From NCBI GenBank assembly GCA_029717555.1, contig JAMDHS010000014.1, forward strand, positions 124,001-188,000: 64,000 nucleotides of DNA. Direction: 5' to 3'. Position 1 is the stretch's first letter. Every line of letters begins with the position of its first letter. The notes under the pieces are model-generated. The model had not been told where the DNA came from, searched no databases, and saw only the letters and a list, made by a program, of their open reading frames with translations. Shown in pieces: positions 23,291-36,400 of the stretch. This DNA comes from Peribolospora baueri (taxonomy: Eukaryota). A program made the translations under genes and the position numbers.

Positions 23291-24953
23291 TTAAAAGATG
23301 GGGATGAAATCGGAGATTCGGTCTCGTGCGTTTTGAGCGATGCATTCTGGATGGGGGCGATAGAACGACGACGTCAGCGCGACGGCGTTCTCCTTCTTAC
23401 TTTAGTCACATCTCAGGAAACGTCCTAGTCCATCCATCCATCTCGTCCCACTTTACACTCACCGGCGATCCACGTGATGCTTCGGATCTCCTGCTCCTTG
23501 AGCTTGAGGAAGCTGTAAAAGACGCCGTACTGGAATTGTTGCAAGAAGGAGAGCTTGTTGACTTGGGGGCGAGACCATCGTCCGAGCGAGGAAATTAAAA
23601 AGAGGAAATTTGTCCAAGGTGCCCACGTCAGACGGTCGAGCCTTGATATGCCCGGGCAGCGCGACGGAACTCGCGATCGAAACTCACGGTGCACCTCCAT
23701 CTGGAAAAACTTGTCCTCGAGCTGCCCAGTGACGTCGCTATCCGCTGGGCCGCCAGTGCCATCGAAAAACGCTCTGTACTCCGGAATGTTCTCCACGACC
23801 GCCTTGACCTGCTCAATGTCGTCCGCCTTGGCCAACACGTTGTTCCCTACCGGGAACAGCCTTCCGATCTTGGGGAACAGCTTAGCGCGCTCCTCCTTGC
23901 TCAGGTCCGTACCGAAGGAGTTGATGGTGATGTTGATCGTCCGACGGTCCGCCTCGAAGGAGAGAATGCGGTGCATAATTTCCGCCGTGGGTTCACCGAG
24001 GGTGGTGCAAAAGTCGTAAAAGTCCTCGAGATAGGCCTTATAGAGCGTGTTGCGGATGATCTCGATGTTGAGGTCATCCAAGTCGGAGGCGGAGAGACAG
24101 TCACGGAAATAGGGAGCCAACGGCGTCTCTACCAGTACGCTCTGATACAGCTCCTCCACGTTCGTCGCCACGCACAGCGCCGGCATGGTATCAAACGTGC
24201 CAAGCGGATGGCAGCGCTCGAGGAGTTCGTGCGTGTCTCGTTCGTGCAACGTGCCAGTGATGAGCAGGACGACGTTGTCGATCATGTATGCATACCTGAC
24301 AACACAAAGGAAGGAGCGGAGCAAGGCGACACAGACGGCCCGAGGTTCAGCCTCCGGCTCCAGGACAGCCGACCACTCGGCTGGGTGTCTGACAGATCTA
24401 CATGAACAGCGGGTATGACGGAGGCACTCACGTCATGTAATCGAGAAACTTTGACAACGGCGCGACGGCGTTGCTGCGTATGTAATTGAACTCGTCCACC
24501 AGCTTTTGGGTCGCCTTCTCCGCGATCGTTGAGGTGCCTTTTTAACGGACGTGCATGAAAGGCGGTCGTAGTGCGAGGAAGGAGTCGGTGCACGTTGGTT
24601 CAGACCTCACTAAAGCGAGACGCCAATGACAAAAATTCACGGAAAGCTCACTGATAGGCAGGGATTCGTTGGCGAGGAAGTTGCCATAGTCGGTCGCAGA
24701 AAGCTGCATTCGGAGGTCTGCAATAGAAAACAGGATAGAGCCATCCGAGGCAGGATTTTAACATCTGGTCCAGTCGAGTCGACCTCGCTTCCAAGATGGG
24801 CTCAAGACAGTCCGGGCCGCTCGCTCGCTCACCTTCCAGCGTCTCGCACTGGATCAAGTTCTGGTAGTGCGCCTGCGTGAGGATGGCCTGCTTGTAGCCC
24901 CGAACGACGCCTTCGAGGTAGCCATTGTTGATGTTGAACGTGAGTCCTTCCAT
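23291..24953 (-). CDS. VMA6: V-ATPase V0 subunit d, multi-exon
   Basis: [88 protein letters not shown]. Confidence 0.97.
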
Positions 24954-26381
24954 GGCGGCGCTGGGGGGCGATGGACGAGCAAACGGAACGGTTCGTGGTG
25001 GGGGCGGCAGTGAGCAGGCCGACGGCTCGCCCCCGATCGCGGCCTTGGCTGCGGCAGGCGCACTGCTGGGCGGCTGACTGGGACGCCGCAGCATCGGTTC
25101 CTCTCTCCGATCAGCTTATATTGCTACGTATGTCGGTCGGCCAGCAGGCCTCTTAAGGCCTACTGCCACCCGAACCAAGGTTGTCTTGACTGCCCGCCCA
25201 TGTGCCAGCCCTGCTCCAGCACGTAGGCACGTACGAGCCACCGCAGAGATGCCGACGGATGGCCGTCGCACCGAAGATCGCGGGCCGCTCGCAGACGAGG
25301 ACGACACACGTCGGGCTCTCGAGCGCGAAGGATTCGATTACGGTGCCGTGAGGGACAGGGTATGTAGATATGTGCCTCAGGCAGGCCGCGGCATGCGGTA
25401 GTAAAAGATGTGGATTGGATGCGGGCTTGGAAAGGCAGGAAGAAGACGCAAACGTGGAAAAGACCAAATAGCGCTTACCGACCTTTGCGTAGGCGACCGG
25501 AACAGGCCGGTGGCCATGACGGTGGTCCGCCGGCTTTGAACTCGAAGATCGCCGTGGTTTACGGATGCTGCCAAGGACGAATCTAAGTTTGCTATCCGCC
25601 TGTGCAACCTGTGCACTACGTATGGACGGAGCTTGGGCTGTGTGAAGCCAGGAGGGGAGGATTCAGAGCGTCGGCACGACGTACGTGTTCTGTCCCTTCA
25701 CACCGCAATGGCCCTCTCGTCCTATTACCTGTCATCTTCCCCAAATCCACGTCCGTTTTCGGTGTCTGATCCATCAGAGCTGGCGCTCGACCTGACACTT
25801 TCGTCCCGCTCTGGCCCTTCTCCAATGTCGCCCTCGCCACCTCTTTCATCGCACCACATTGTTCTTCTACAGCTTCCTCTCATCTCTCTCTCTGTCTCGA
25901 CCCGCGCAGATCGATCCATCGTATATACCTTGCTTTTGTCGCACCGCACGGAACGGATGGAGTGGCAGCGACTACGGTTGTTACCTCCGTACATGGCGAG
26001 GCCTGGCACGCACCTTGTACGCTTCCCGTTCTCGCTGGACCATGAGCGGATCGTAGGAACAGTCCCGGCTCTGTGCACGTGCTTAACCCCACGGTCGGGG
26101 CCGGAGGGATCGACTGCGGGTGATCGGGCGGAAGGAGGTAGACGGTATCGACAGAGATTGACAAACCGAGAGGGACAGACAGACACCATCACCGTCTACT
26201 ACCACCCATCCTTTCTCTCCGCCTCCCTACCGTCTACCGTCTTCCCTGCTCCTCCGCGCTGCAGTCATTTCTTGCTCGTCGCGACCCTGCTCGTGCGTGC
26301 TCTACCCCGCTCACCCGTCTTCCACACAAGCGAGCCAACACTCAGAGACGCTCAAGGCCCACCTCTCAAGGTCAAAAAGCG

Positions 26382-29300
26382 ATGGACCGCTCCAACGGAG
26401 CAGTGAAGGGCTCCGCCGCGCGTCAGCATCCCGAGGCTGACGTGGTGGTGTACGAGCTCAAACTGGAGGACGACGGCAGTCCCAGCAAGGAGCGCTCTGT
26501 GCGTCTACCGTCCTGGTCGTTTTTGGAGGGGACGTCTCGAGCGACGCTGCTGAGAGCAACATCATTTCTTAACGCTTTGCTCACCTTTCTCCGTCTGTCC
26601 TTTCCCCGCTCTCCCAGTACATCCGCCTCCCGTCGCCGACGACGCCCTACGTCCTGCGCATAAGCATCGAGGCTGGTTCCACGGCCAGCAAGCAGGCTAG
26701 CTTGTTCACCAATTTTCCCCTCGGCGAGGGAGGGTTTGGGAGGAAAAAGTTTTGGGAGAGGAAGTGAGAAGCTTGACTCGTGCTTGATTCAGTGGCCGGA
26801 CTATCCGCATGCTCACGCTCTCTTCTCCTTCGCCCATTTGCTATCCGCTCTTTTACGCAGACTTCCTACCGATTTTACCAAGTCCATTTCAGTCGACCTG
26901 CCCATTGTACACGCCGGCGCCTTTGAGTTCTACGTCGAGTACGCTGCACCGGACGAGCCTTTCCCTCTGCCCACCAAGGAGCAGCCTCTGCCTCCCGTTC
27001 CGGCCTCTCCTCGCCGCCGTGTCCGCGGGAAGAGCTGCTACTTCAACGTGGACCCCATCCTCTCCCTCCCCACGCGCGCTCGCATCCTTGATCAGGACTC
27101 GCTCCAAGTACTTCCCGCCACCGGGAGCGGCAAGACGGGCGGCACGGTGAAGAAAGAACACAAGCCTCTCTCGCAAGACGGTATCGTCTTGCTCTCCTTC
27201 ATCGCCAAGTGGGCCGGCCCTCTTCGTCACTGGCCAACTCATCTTGACGTCGCCCGGGATTCTGGTTACAACATGCTTCACTTCCCTCCGCTTCAGGTCA
27301 GGGGGGACTCGGACAGCCCGTACAGCATTGCCGACCAGAACGACTGGGCGAAGGACTTGTTCGTGGAGGGCGAGGGCGGGACGAGAGAGGAGAGGGACGA
27401 AATCGTTGGATCGTGGTTGGCTCGCTTGAAGAACGAGTGGGGAATGTTGAGCATGATCGACATAGTGCTCAATCATACGGTGCGTGCATGTCATGGACGT
27501 ACAGCACCGTAGTGCACACTCGACTATCACGGAAGGCTGACCGTGCCGTCGTCCGATGGTTGTCTTCAGGCCAACAATTCGCCCTGGCTGCAGGAGCATC
27601 CTGAATCGGGTGAGTATAATGGTCGAATGCGAAACCCTGCGCAGATCGTTGTCATCGGTTGACTTGACCATGTCATCCTCTTCACAGGCTACAACCCGTA
27701 CAACTCTCCCCACCTCACCCCGGCCGTCGAGCTCGACGAGGCACTACTCACCTTTTCGCGCGATCTGTCTAAATACGGCTTGCCCACGGTCGTCAAGTCC
27801 TCCGCTGACGTGGACATCCTCATGGCCGGTCTCAAGGAAAACGTTCTCGGCCCGCTCAAGCTGTGGCAGTATTATGTCCTCGATGTCGCAGCCGAGTTGT
27901 CGCGTTTCCAGGAGGAGTGGGACTCGCGCGCTGCGGCGGGAGGCAAGGCCGATGGGGACGGGGACGCGGCCGCCGTTGTCGTAGGGACGAAGGAGCTCGA
28001 GGGAAAGACCTTTGCCGACCTCGGAGTGCTTCTCCGCACGCACTTTCTCAAGAACCGCCTGGCCCTTTCAGCGCGTTTCATCACCTCCATCGACCTCCCC
28101 AGCGCACTCCCCGTCATCGCACGGCTGGCCGAGCGTGACGGCGCTGACCGAGGCAAGGTGGTGGCCGCCTACCGAAAGGCGCTCGAAGTGGTCAACGTCC
28201 CGCTTTACGAGATTTATGATGGCGACGTCAAGGCTATCATCGAAAACGTCGGGAACAGGTTGACGTATACGAGGCTTGACCCTAACGGTCCAAAGTATGG
28301 CGTGATCAGCGAGAAGTGAGTCGTCCCGAGGGACCTTCGGTTGGGGGAAACCTAGTTCCCGTTCGGTTCGCTGACGGTGGCGGACCTTCGTGTGCTTTTA
28401 ATTTTTTCGACGCTTTCAGGAGCCCCGTCATGGAGCCCTATTTCACGCGTTTGCGGAGGAACGAAACCACAGCCAAACACGACCCACGCCAGCTCTCGCT
28501 AGCGAACAACGGCTGGATCTGGGCCGCCGACCCGCTCTCCGACTTTGCTTCTTCCTCTTCTCGCGTCTACCTCCGTCGCGAGGTGATCGTGTGGAGCGAC
28601 TGCGTCAAGCTCCGTTACGGCATCGGTCCCGAGGACTCGCCTTACCTGTGGAAGCACATGGGTGAGTACGTCCGCAAGCTGGCCAGGATGTTCGCCGCCT
28701 TCCGCGTCGACAACTGTCACTCCACACCCATCCACGTCGGCGAGTACTTCCTCGACCTGGCGAGGAAGGAGAATCCAAACCTTTACGTCTGCGCTGAGCT
28801 CTTCACCGGCAATGAGGACACGGATACGTACTTTGTCAGCCGGCTCGGAATCAACAGCCTCATTCGGGAGGCCATGAACGGATACGATCCCAAGGAGGAG
28901 AGTCGGCTGCTCTATCGCTACGGTCTTGGCAAGCCCATTGGTAAGCGCCTGTTTAGACGTGACATTCCCTCGTCTAGGCGTCCTTCTAACCGTTTCCGCC
29001 CGCGTCCCCCCCCCCCGTCCCCCCCGTAGGCTCGATGGACTTTGACTGTCTCAGCGAGCCCTCGACCGTGTTGCCCATCACAGGCGGAAAGACTCCGGTT
29101 CGTTGTCTCGTCGTTCCCCTCGAAGGCTCAGCGCCTCACGCGCTCCTTATGGACTGCACGCACGATAACGAGTCCATCTCCGACAAGCGCACCGCCGAGG
29201 ACACCCTCGCCACTGGTTCTCTGGTTCCTTTCTCCTTTTCTGCCATCGGCAGTAACAAGGGCTTTGATGAAATATATCCCAAGCTCCTCAACCTCGTTCA

Positions 29301-32300
29301 GGAGAAGAGGAGATACGGGGTACAGGGAGGCGCGGATGCTGAGGGCATCGGGAGGATCAAGAGAGTACTCAACCACCTGCACACAGAGATGGTCAGCGAC
29401 GGTTTCACCGAGGGCCATGTCCACCAAGAGAACGATGTGAGCTGGTCCTCCGTCAGACTGGGGTGTGTACGACGGTTTGTGGAACAACCGCTGACTTCTC
29501 TTCTCCTCTCTTTCCCTGGGCCCCTTGGTGTCACAGTACATTCTCTTGCACCGCGTACACCCCAAGACGCACAGGGGCTACCTCCTCATCGTACACACGG
29601 CCTTTCACGTGGGCAGCAAGGGGCGCGGATATATTAACCCCATCGACCTCGCGCGAACCAAGGCTCGTTACATCGTGGGCGCCTCTCTTGACGTCCTGTC
29701 GCGCGAAGACCCGGCTGATCCCGAGCTGCTCAAAGGTCTGCCCTCCCGGCTCGTCGACCTCTCCGCTCCGGTCATTGAGGAGGTCAACAACAGCGCCGGA
29801 CCGGTGACCAGGATCATCGTCCCCGACGACTTCCCGCCCGGGAGCGTCATGCTCCTACAGACGTGGATAGAGGGTCTCGGAGATGACCTCGACGAACTTT
29901 GCGTCACTGGCGCTGCAGAGGCGTTTTCGTCTCTCGACCTCGTGGACCTTAACGTTGTCCTGTACCGTGCTGATGGAGAGGAGAGGGACGCCACTGGTAA
30001 GCTTGTGACCACGCCTACTCTTCCCCCCCTCCACACTTTGCTGACTTGGTCTTTTGGCATTCGTGAATGCTCGTCCAGACGGAGTTGACGGCGTGTACAA
30101 CGTACCCAACTTTGGCACGCTCACGTATTGTGGCCTCGAAGGTTGGATTGTCCCTCTGCGGCACATCATGCGCTATAATGACCTCGGTCATCCGATCTGC
30201 GCCCATCTCCGGGAGGGCTGTTGGGCGATGGACTATATCAGAGGCCGCTTGGAGAAGTAAGTGAGCCTATTGCCTCAAATCCCAGAAGGGTGGCGACGAA
30301 ATCCCAGATGCAGCTTCTATCAGCCTTTGATGACTGACCCGCTTTTTTTTTCCCGCTTGTAGGCAATCCGAGATGTTCCCCAGCCTAGTTCGGCCGGCGG
30401 CTTGGTTCAAAGAACGCTTCGACGCCATCGTATCTTTGGTGCCTTCCTTCCTCCGCCCCAAGTACTTTGCCCTCGTCGTCAACACCGCTTATAATGCCGC
30501 TCGGGAGCGCGCGCTGGACCAGATGGGTGACTTTGTCAAGAACGGTCACAAGTTCACACAGAGCCTTGCCATGGTCGCTATTCAGGTTTGTGGTGGGCTT
30601 TTGTCCTGGCGATCCGTTCTTGGAGAGGAGACGGACGAGCTGATCACGTCTTCCGCTCTCGTTTGGTGCCTTTGTTTATTAGATGAATGGAAGGGTCAAG
30701 TCGGCCTCGCTTTGGCCAGACAAGGAGGTCGCTTCGATGGCTGCTGGTTTACCCTGTGAGTCGAAAGCAGGTTCAAGCTGGATGGACAAGCGAAGGCGTT
30801 CAAGCCCCTTCTCCACTCTCTTATCTGCTGACCGCCCCCTCCATAATCGCGTCGTCTTTAGTCTTCACCGCCGGCTGGGCTCGGGTATGGGGCCGAGACA
30901 CGTTCATCAGCTTGCGAGGTCTCTTTCTGACCACCGGCATGCATGCCGCCGCCAAGGAACACATCTTGTCGGCCGCATGTGAGCGACTACTTCTTTATGC
31001 TTACGCTCATCGGCCGACCATCGCTGACGTGTTCGACAATGTTGTCTCTTCCACACAGCCACGCTCAAGCATGGTCTTATTCCTAACTTGCTCGACTCTG
31101 GCCGCACGCCGAGATACAACTGTGTCAGCGACTCTCTCTGAGCCGACGCGCACGTGAATTGATGGAGCGCTAACTACGACCCCCTCTCTTCACGTCTATT
31201 CTGGCAGCGTGACGGAGCGTTCTTCTTCCTTCAAAACGGTGTGTACGCTTTTGAGACTCGCTCGGCATCTCTTCCAAAGGATGGTCCTAATGTTTTCTTT
31301 TCGACCATGGTTAGTTCAAGATTATGTTAACATGGTTCCCGGAGGAGAGGCTATCTTGCAAGAGTCGGTCAAACGCCGCTTTCCCAAGGACGACGAGTGG
31401 ATTCCTTGGAATGACCCGAAGGCATTCAGCTATTCTAGCACGATTGCGGAGGTGATCCAGGAGATCCTGCAGCGACACGCTCAAGGTATCCACTTCCGCG
31501 AGCATAATGCTGGGCCCAATCTTGATAGGGACATGAAATACGAGGGCTTCAACATCGACATCGTTGTCGACTGGGAGACCGGTCTCATCTTCGGGGGCAA
31601 CCAGTGGAACTGCGGTACTTGGCAGGATAAGAATGGCTCGTCCGAGAAGGCCGGAAACAAGGGCGTTCCCGGGTCACCCAGGGATGGGGCGCCGGTCGAG
31701 ATCACCGGTCTTCTCAAGAGCACTCTGCGCTGGCTCGACGAGCTATCCAACGCGGGGAAATTCCCCCACAAGGGCGTACAGGCCAAGAGTGAGCGCGACA
31801 GTCACCCGAGCTCCGATCGCCAATGCGGCTCAGTCTGTCTTCTTCCTCTTTACTCTACTCGCAGTTCATGGGACGGAGCGCTTGGTGTCCTTCAAAGAGT
31901 GGGGCAATCTCGTGCAGGAGTCATTTGAACGATGCTACTACGTTCCTCTAGGTGGGCCTATCACGGGGCCCGACTCTCCTACTGGAACGTGTGCTGACAC
32001 GCTCTTCTCAACGTTTTGGTTGGTGATGAACACAGACCCGGCTGAGGACAAGAATTACAAAGTCGATGCAAACCTCGTCAACAGACGAGGCATTTACAAG
32101 GATGTGTACGGCTCGGGCAAGGGTCGAGAATGGTCCGACTACCAGCTTCGAGCTAAGTGGGTGGTGCTGTTCTTCAATGCGACATGATGAAGATGTGTTT
32201 GGCCGACTTCTGCGCGTGTTTGGCGTTGTTTTTTTTTTTTTTTCCGACACAGCTTCCCAATGGCAATGTGCTTTGCACCGGAACTGTTTGACCCGGTGCA

Positions 32301-33098
32301 CGCTCTGGCCGCTCTGCACATGGCTCACAAGGTCTTGCGTGGCCCTCTAGGCATGAAGACGCTTGATCCGTCTGACTTCAACTACCGACCCAACTGTACG
32401 TGTCCACTTCTCTCCGGTGGGGTTTTCTTCCGGTTGCTCATGTAATCTCATTCCTTTTATGCTTATTAGACGTAAACAGTGACGATTCAGACGACTTCCA
32501 CGTCGCCAAGGGCTGGAATTATCACAACGGGGTAAGCGGTTCTTCGCCGTGGACGAAGGGAGAGGTGCTCATCGACAATTCGTTATTCAACCGCCTACCG
32601 CAGCCCGAGTGGGTATTCCCCATGGGTTTCTTCCTGCGCGCTTATAGTATGTTCGATATGAAGGCGGGCGCTGGCAAGAAGGCGAGACTCTTGGGAATTC
32701 TTTCTCTTCCACTGCTTGGTTAACAGCATCATTTGACTGATCCTCCGTTGGTGAACGTCTGCTTTCCTGTTTGAAATGTAGTCGCCATCGGAAACTTTCT
32801 TCCATATTTCATCCCTTCTGCGCAGGCACCGCCAATACATTGCAACCGATCCATGGGCTGGTTTGCCAGGTGAATCTCCTCGCTCCACTCCCCTCGGTTT
32901 GAAATATCAGCCTTTTCTGACATGCTGCCGTTGTACATTTGTCGACCGTGCGGCCTCCTTACAGAACTCACGCAAGCAGAAGGAGTGGATTGCCCCGACT
33001 CGTGCCGCACGCAGGCGTGGTCCGCCTCCACCATCCTAGATGCGCTCGAGGAAATCTACCGCGTCGAAAAGAAGATGGCACTGTCGCCTCAGACTTGA
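26382..33098 (+). CDS. GDB1: Glycogen debranching enzyme (4-alpha-glucanotransferase/amylo-1,6-glucosidase), many exons
   Basis: GYNMLHFPPLQVRGDSDSPYSIADQ; YLRREVIVWSDCVKLRYG; FRVDNCHSTP; AELFTG; MDCTHDNE; WARVWGRDTFISLRG; NCGTWQDK; PRDGAPVEI; NYHNGPEW; QAWS. Confidence 0.97.
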
Positions 33099-33430
33099 TA
33101 CCATTGCTTCATACACGTATTTCAGTCTCGCTTCTGCAATCCCTCAATCCCTGAAGGCACGGTTGGCTGGGCACAGCACGGTCAGAACTCGCAGGCGAAG
33201 TTTTGGATCCCGGAAGGCTGTGGAGTGCTTCGATTAAAATGTCATATAGTGACCTGCGATAGTATACAATGGAAACTGCGATGCATTTCTGATTAAAACT
33301 TAAAATCACCCAAACCCAGTGTCGAAGTGGACACTAGTAGTGTAAGGAGGGGAAGAAGGAGACGAAGAGCCAGGTGCAACCACGGAGGGGACGAAACAGA
33401 AGTGCCGGAACCCAGTGCGAGATTGAACGT

Positions 33431-36400
33431 CTATGGAGGACGGCCGCCGCGTTTCTTCTTGGGAATGAAAGCAGAGTTGGTTGCTCGCTTCGCTGGCACG
33501 GTCGCACCACTGGGATGGTTTCTACTTTCTAGAGGACGCTGTTGTTGGAGGTGAGATGGTGGCGGGGGAACTCCGTTTTGGCGACCGTATTGTTGACCAG
33601 TCAATCCAGTCGCCCGCGGAGCAACCATCTGCGGACCGCCTGGTGGTGGACGATACTCCCCAGCGCTTTTCGTCGTCTTTCCATTCGCATCCTTCGGTGT
33701 CGCACGCATGACGACAGGCGGAGCGCGCTCGACTGGTCCGGCCGCAGGCAGTGGTCGCCCCGGCCCTCCTCCTCGATGGCCTCCTCTACCCTGAGGTCCT
33801 TGCCCGCCGCTGCCCGCCGCTCTGTTGTGCCCGTTGGGGGGTCCACCTCCTCGCCTCTCGGAGAACCGGTGACTCGCTGACCAGGAAGCTCCTGCGTTTC
33901 GATTCGCATTGGCTGGCTCTCCAGATGCGACGCTATTGGGCAACTGGTGCGAATCGGATTTTTGACGCTTCTTGTTTCCGCTGCCGCCGTCCTCCTCCGC
34001 TCGCCTCTTACCTTTCTCTTCATTCGATTTCTGATGGTTGACGTTCGGAAGCTGGCCAGGAGGGATCTGAGCGATTGGGCGCTCATCTGGCGAAGGCGCT
34101 GCACCCTTCGTCTTGACGGCAACAATTTCCGCTGGAGTTACAGCGCTTTTAGCCAACTGGGACGGCGAGGCGTTGGGCTTCGACTGGGGCGACTGCTTCG
34201 CTGCCGTTTTCTTCGCGTGACTGTTAGGCATGCTGTCGGCAGAATTGACTGAGTTCACCTTGCCATGGCTCCATTGTATTGGTGTGCACGCGTCCTTCTT
34301 GGAAGGGACGACTGGGGCCCGGCGGTCGCGGAAGGTGCTGATATTGGCCTGGTAGCGGCAATCGACATGGACGCGCGATGGTGAGCAACTGAGGCCATAC
34401 CGTTATCCATGCCGAACTTACATCAACTATTGCGCCTCGTTCTCGGGCGTTGCTAACGACCTTGCCCCAGAGTTGATCATGCTGAAGAGTAGTGGCATTA
34501 CCGAGAACAAAGAGTGATGACTTGGCACGAGTGAGGGCAACGTTGGCACGCCTTCTGTCGGCCAAGAAACCAACACCTTGAAAAGGACCGGGCGTCCCTC
34601 TGACGCAAGACAGAATGATGATGTCCTTCTCCTGACCCTGAAAGCCGTCGACGGTGTTGAAGTCGATCCTTCCGACGATATCGTCGCCATATCGACGGCG
34701 GAAGGTTTGCTTGAGCTCCCACACTTGCTCCTTGTACATCGACACTACGCCGATGCGATAATCAAAATCAACTCCAGAGAAATCTTGACGAAGGCGATCG
34801 TAGAGAGCGAGCGCGTGCGTGGCCTCGGTCGAGTTCTTTAGAGAATGTCCCCTCGCTTGCTGTTCGAAGCCGCTAATGTTGAAAAATACGAACGGCTTGA
34901 AGAGACTACTGTTGTGCCAGGGCTGACGAGTGATAGCGTCCATCCCGGGACCGTCTTGTAGTTTCGAGTCGTAAAAGGTGGCACTCGGGAAAACGCTGAT
35001 GTCCGGATGCATACGGTACTGGATGCTGTGCAGCAAGAAAGAACAAAGAGATCTTCATTCAGGAACATCATCCTCGCCGCTTCCAACGAGTAGGTTTAGG
35101 TTCCAAGGTGGGGCCTTTGCACATACTTCAAAAGATGAACTGCTTGCGGATTCTGTTCGAACATGCGGACGAAGAGAGACTTAGAATATCCGTACTTGTC
35201 GGCAGCCATAGAGATGACAGTGGGCGGGAGTTGGTTCGGATCTGTAAGAGTAAACAGCAAAACGCACCTCAGGAGAACTGTCGAGAAGGAACCTCAACTC
35301 GAAACTCACCTCCTACGAGAATGCAACGCTTGCAACCGTACTTCAACGGAATGAGAGAGCTCAACTCGATACTTTGAGCTGCTTCATCGATGATGACGGT
35401 CTCAAAGTCAAAGGGTAAGGTATTGATGTAATCGTGTCCAGCACCGGACAGCGTCGAACAGATGACGTCTGCCTCCGTAAGCACCTCCATACGGAACTTG
35501 CGTCGAAGAGCCTCCTGAGCACGGTTCGCATCCTTCTGCTTGTCGCGCTCTTCATCTAGCTTCTGCATCTTGCTGTACCGAGTCGCATTAATCTTCTTTA
35601 GCTCCGCCTCCAGCGCCAGCTTCAGAGCCGCGTTGCTCTGGACATTGCTCAGTTCGATTTGTTTCGCGTCTCGTTGACGTCGAAGGTCGTTGATCTCGGC
35701 ACGCAAAGCGCCCAGATCTACCGTGCCGCCGGACGAGGAGCCAGCTGAGGTCCCAGTCAGTCTCTGGTCGACGAGCTCGTCTATGGAGATGTCCTTAACA
35801 GAAATGTTGATGGACGCATCGTTACCGATGCGCACTACGTTCGGAATCTGAAGCTGTCCGTTCGCAGTGCGTACGCCGGCTTTCAGACGCTTGGCCACTT
35901 CGTCGATGGCGGCGTTTGATGGAGCACACAGCAAGACTTTCTTGCTCGGCGCCTTGTCTTGCTGCCGAGCGGCCTGTCCAGGTCGAATGTACGTGGCTGG
36001 TCGAGGTCGATCGGACATGAAAGCACCGACGAGACCGCAGATCGTCTTCGTCTTACCCGTTCCCGGAGGACTGCAGATGCACTCTAATCAGAGTCACGTC
36101 CATCACGGGGATCGGCACTGGGTGGCGCACTCACCCTTGAATCAAAGAGAAGCCATCCGCTGCTAAGGACCCCACGATGGCTGAAGCCTGCGGTTCGTTA
36201 ACCTGATACGTCGTCATGGCTTTCCGTACCTCATCAGGACTTGCTTGACCTTTTACAGCGTGACCGCGCAGCACGTCCCGTAAGAGGTCATAATAGGGTA
36301 ACGCCATCAGGGCGGCGTATTCCCGGTGCAATGTGTTCAGACTGGGAGGCACATCATAGAAAGATTCAGTGATGATAGGGGTGAGACTGCTGTGTGGGCT

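Noticed and set aside
32183..32252. ATGATGA box C-like motif in a GDB1 intron
   Set aside because: No downstream CTGA box D or terminal stem within the intron.
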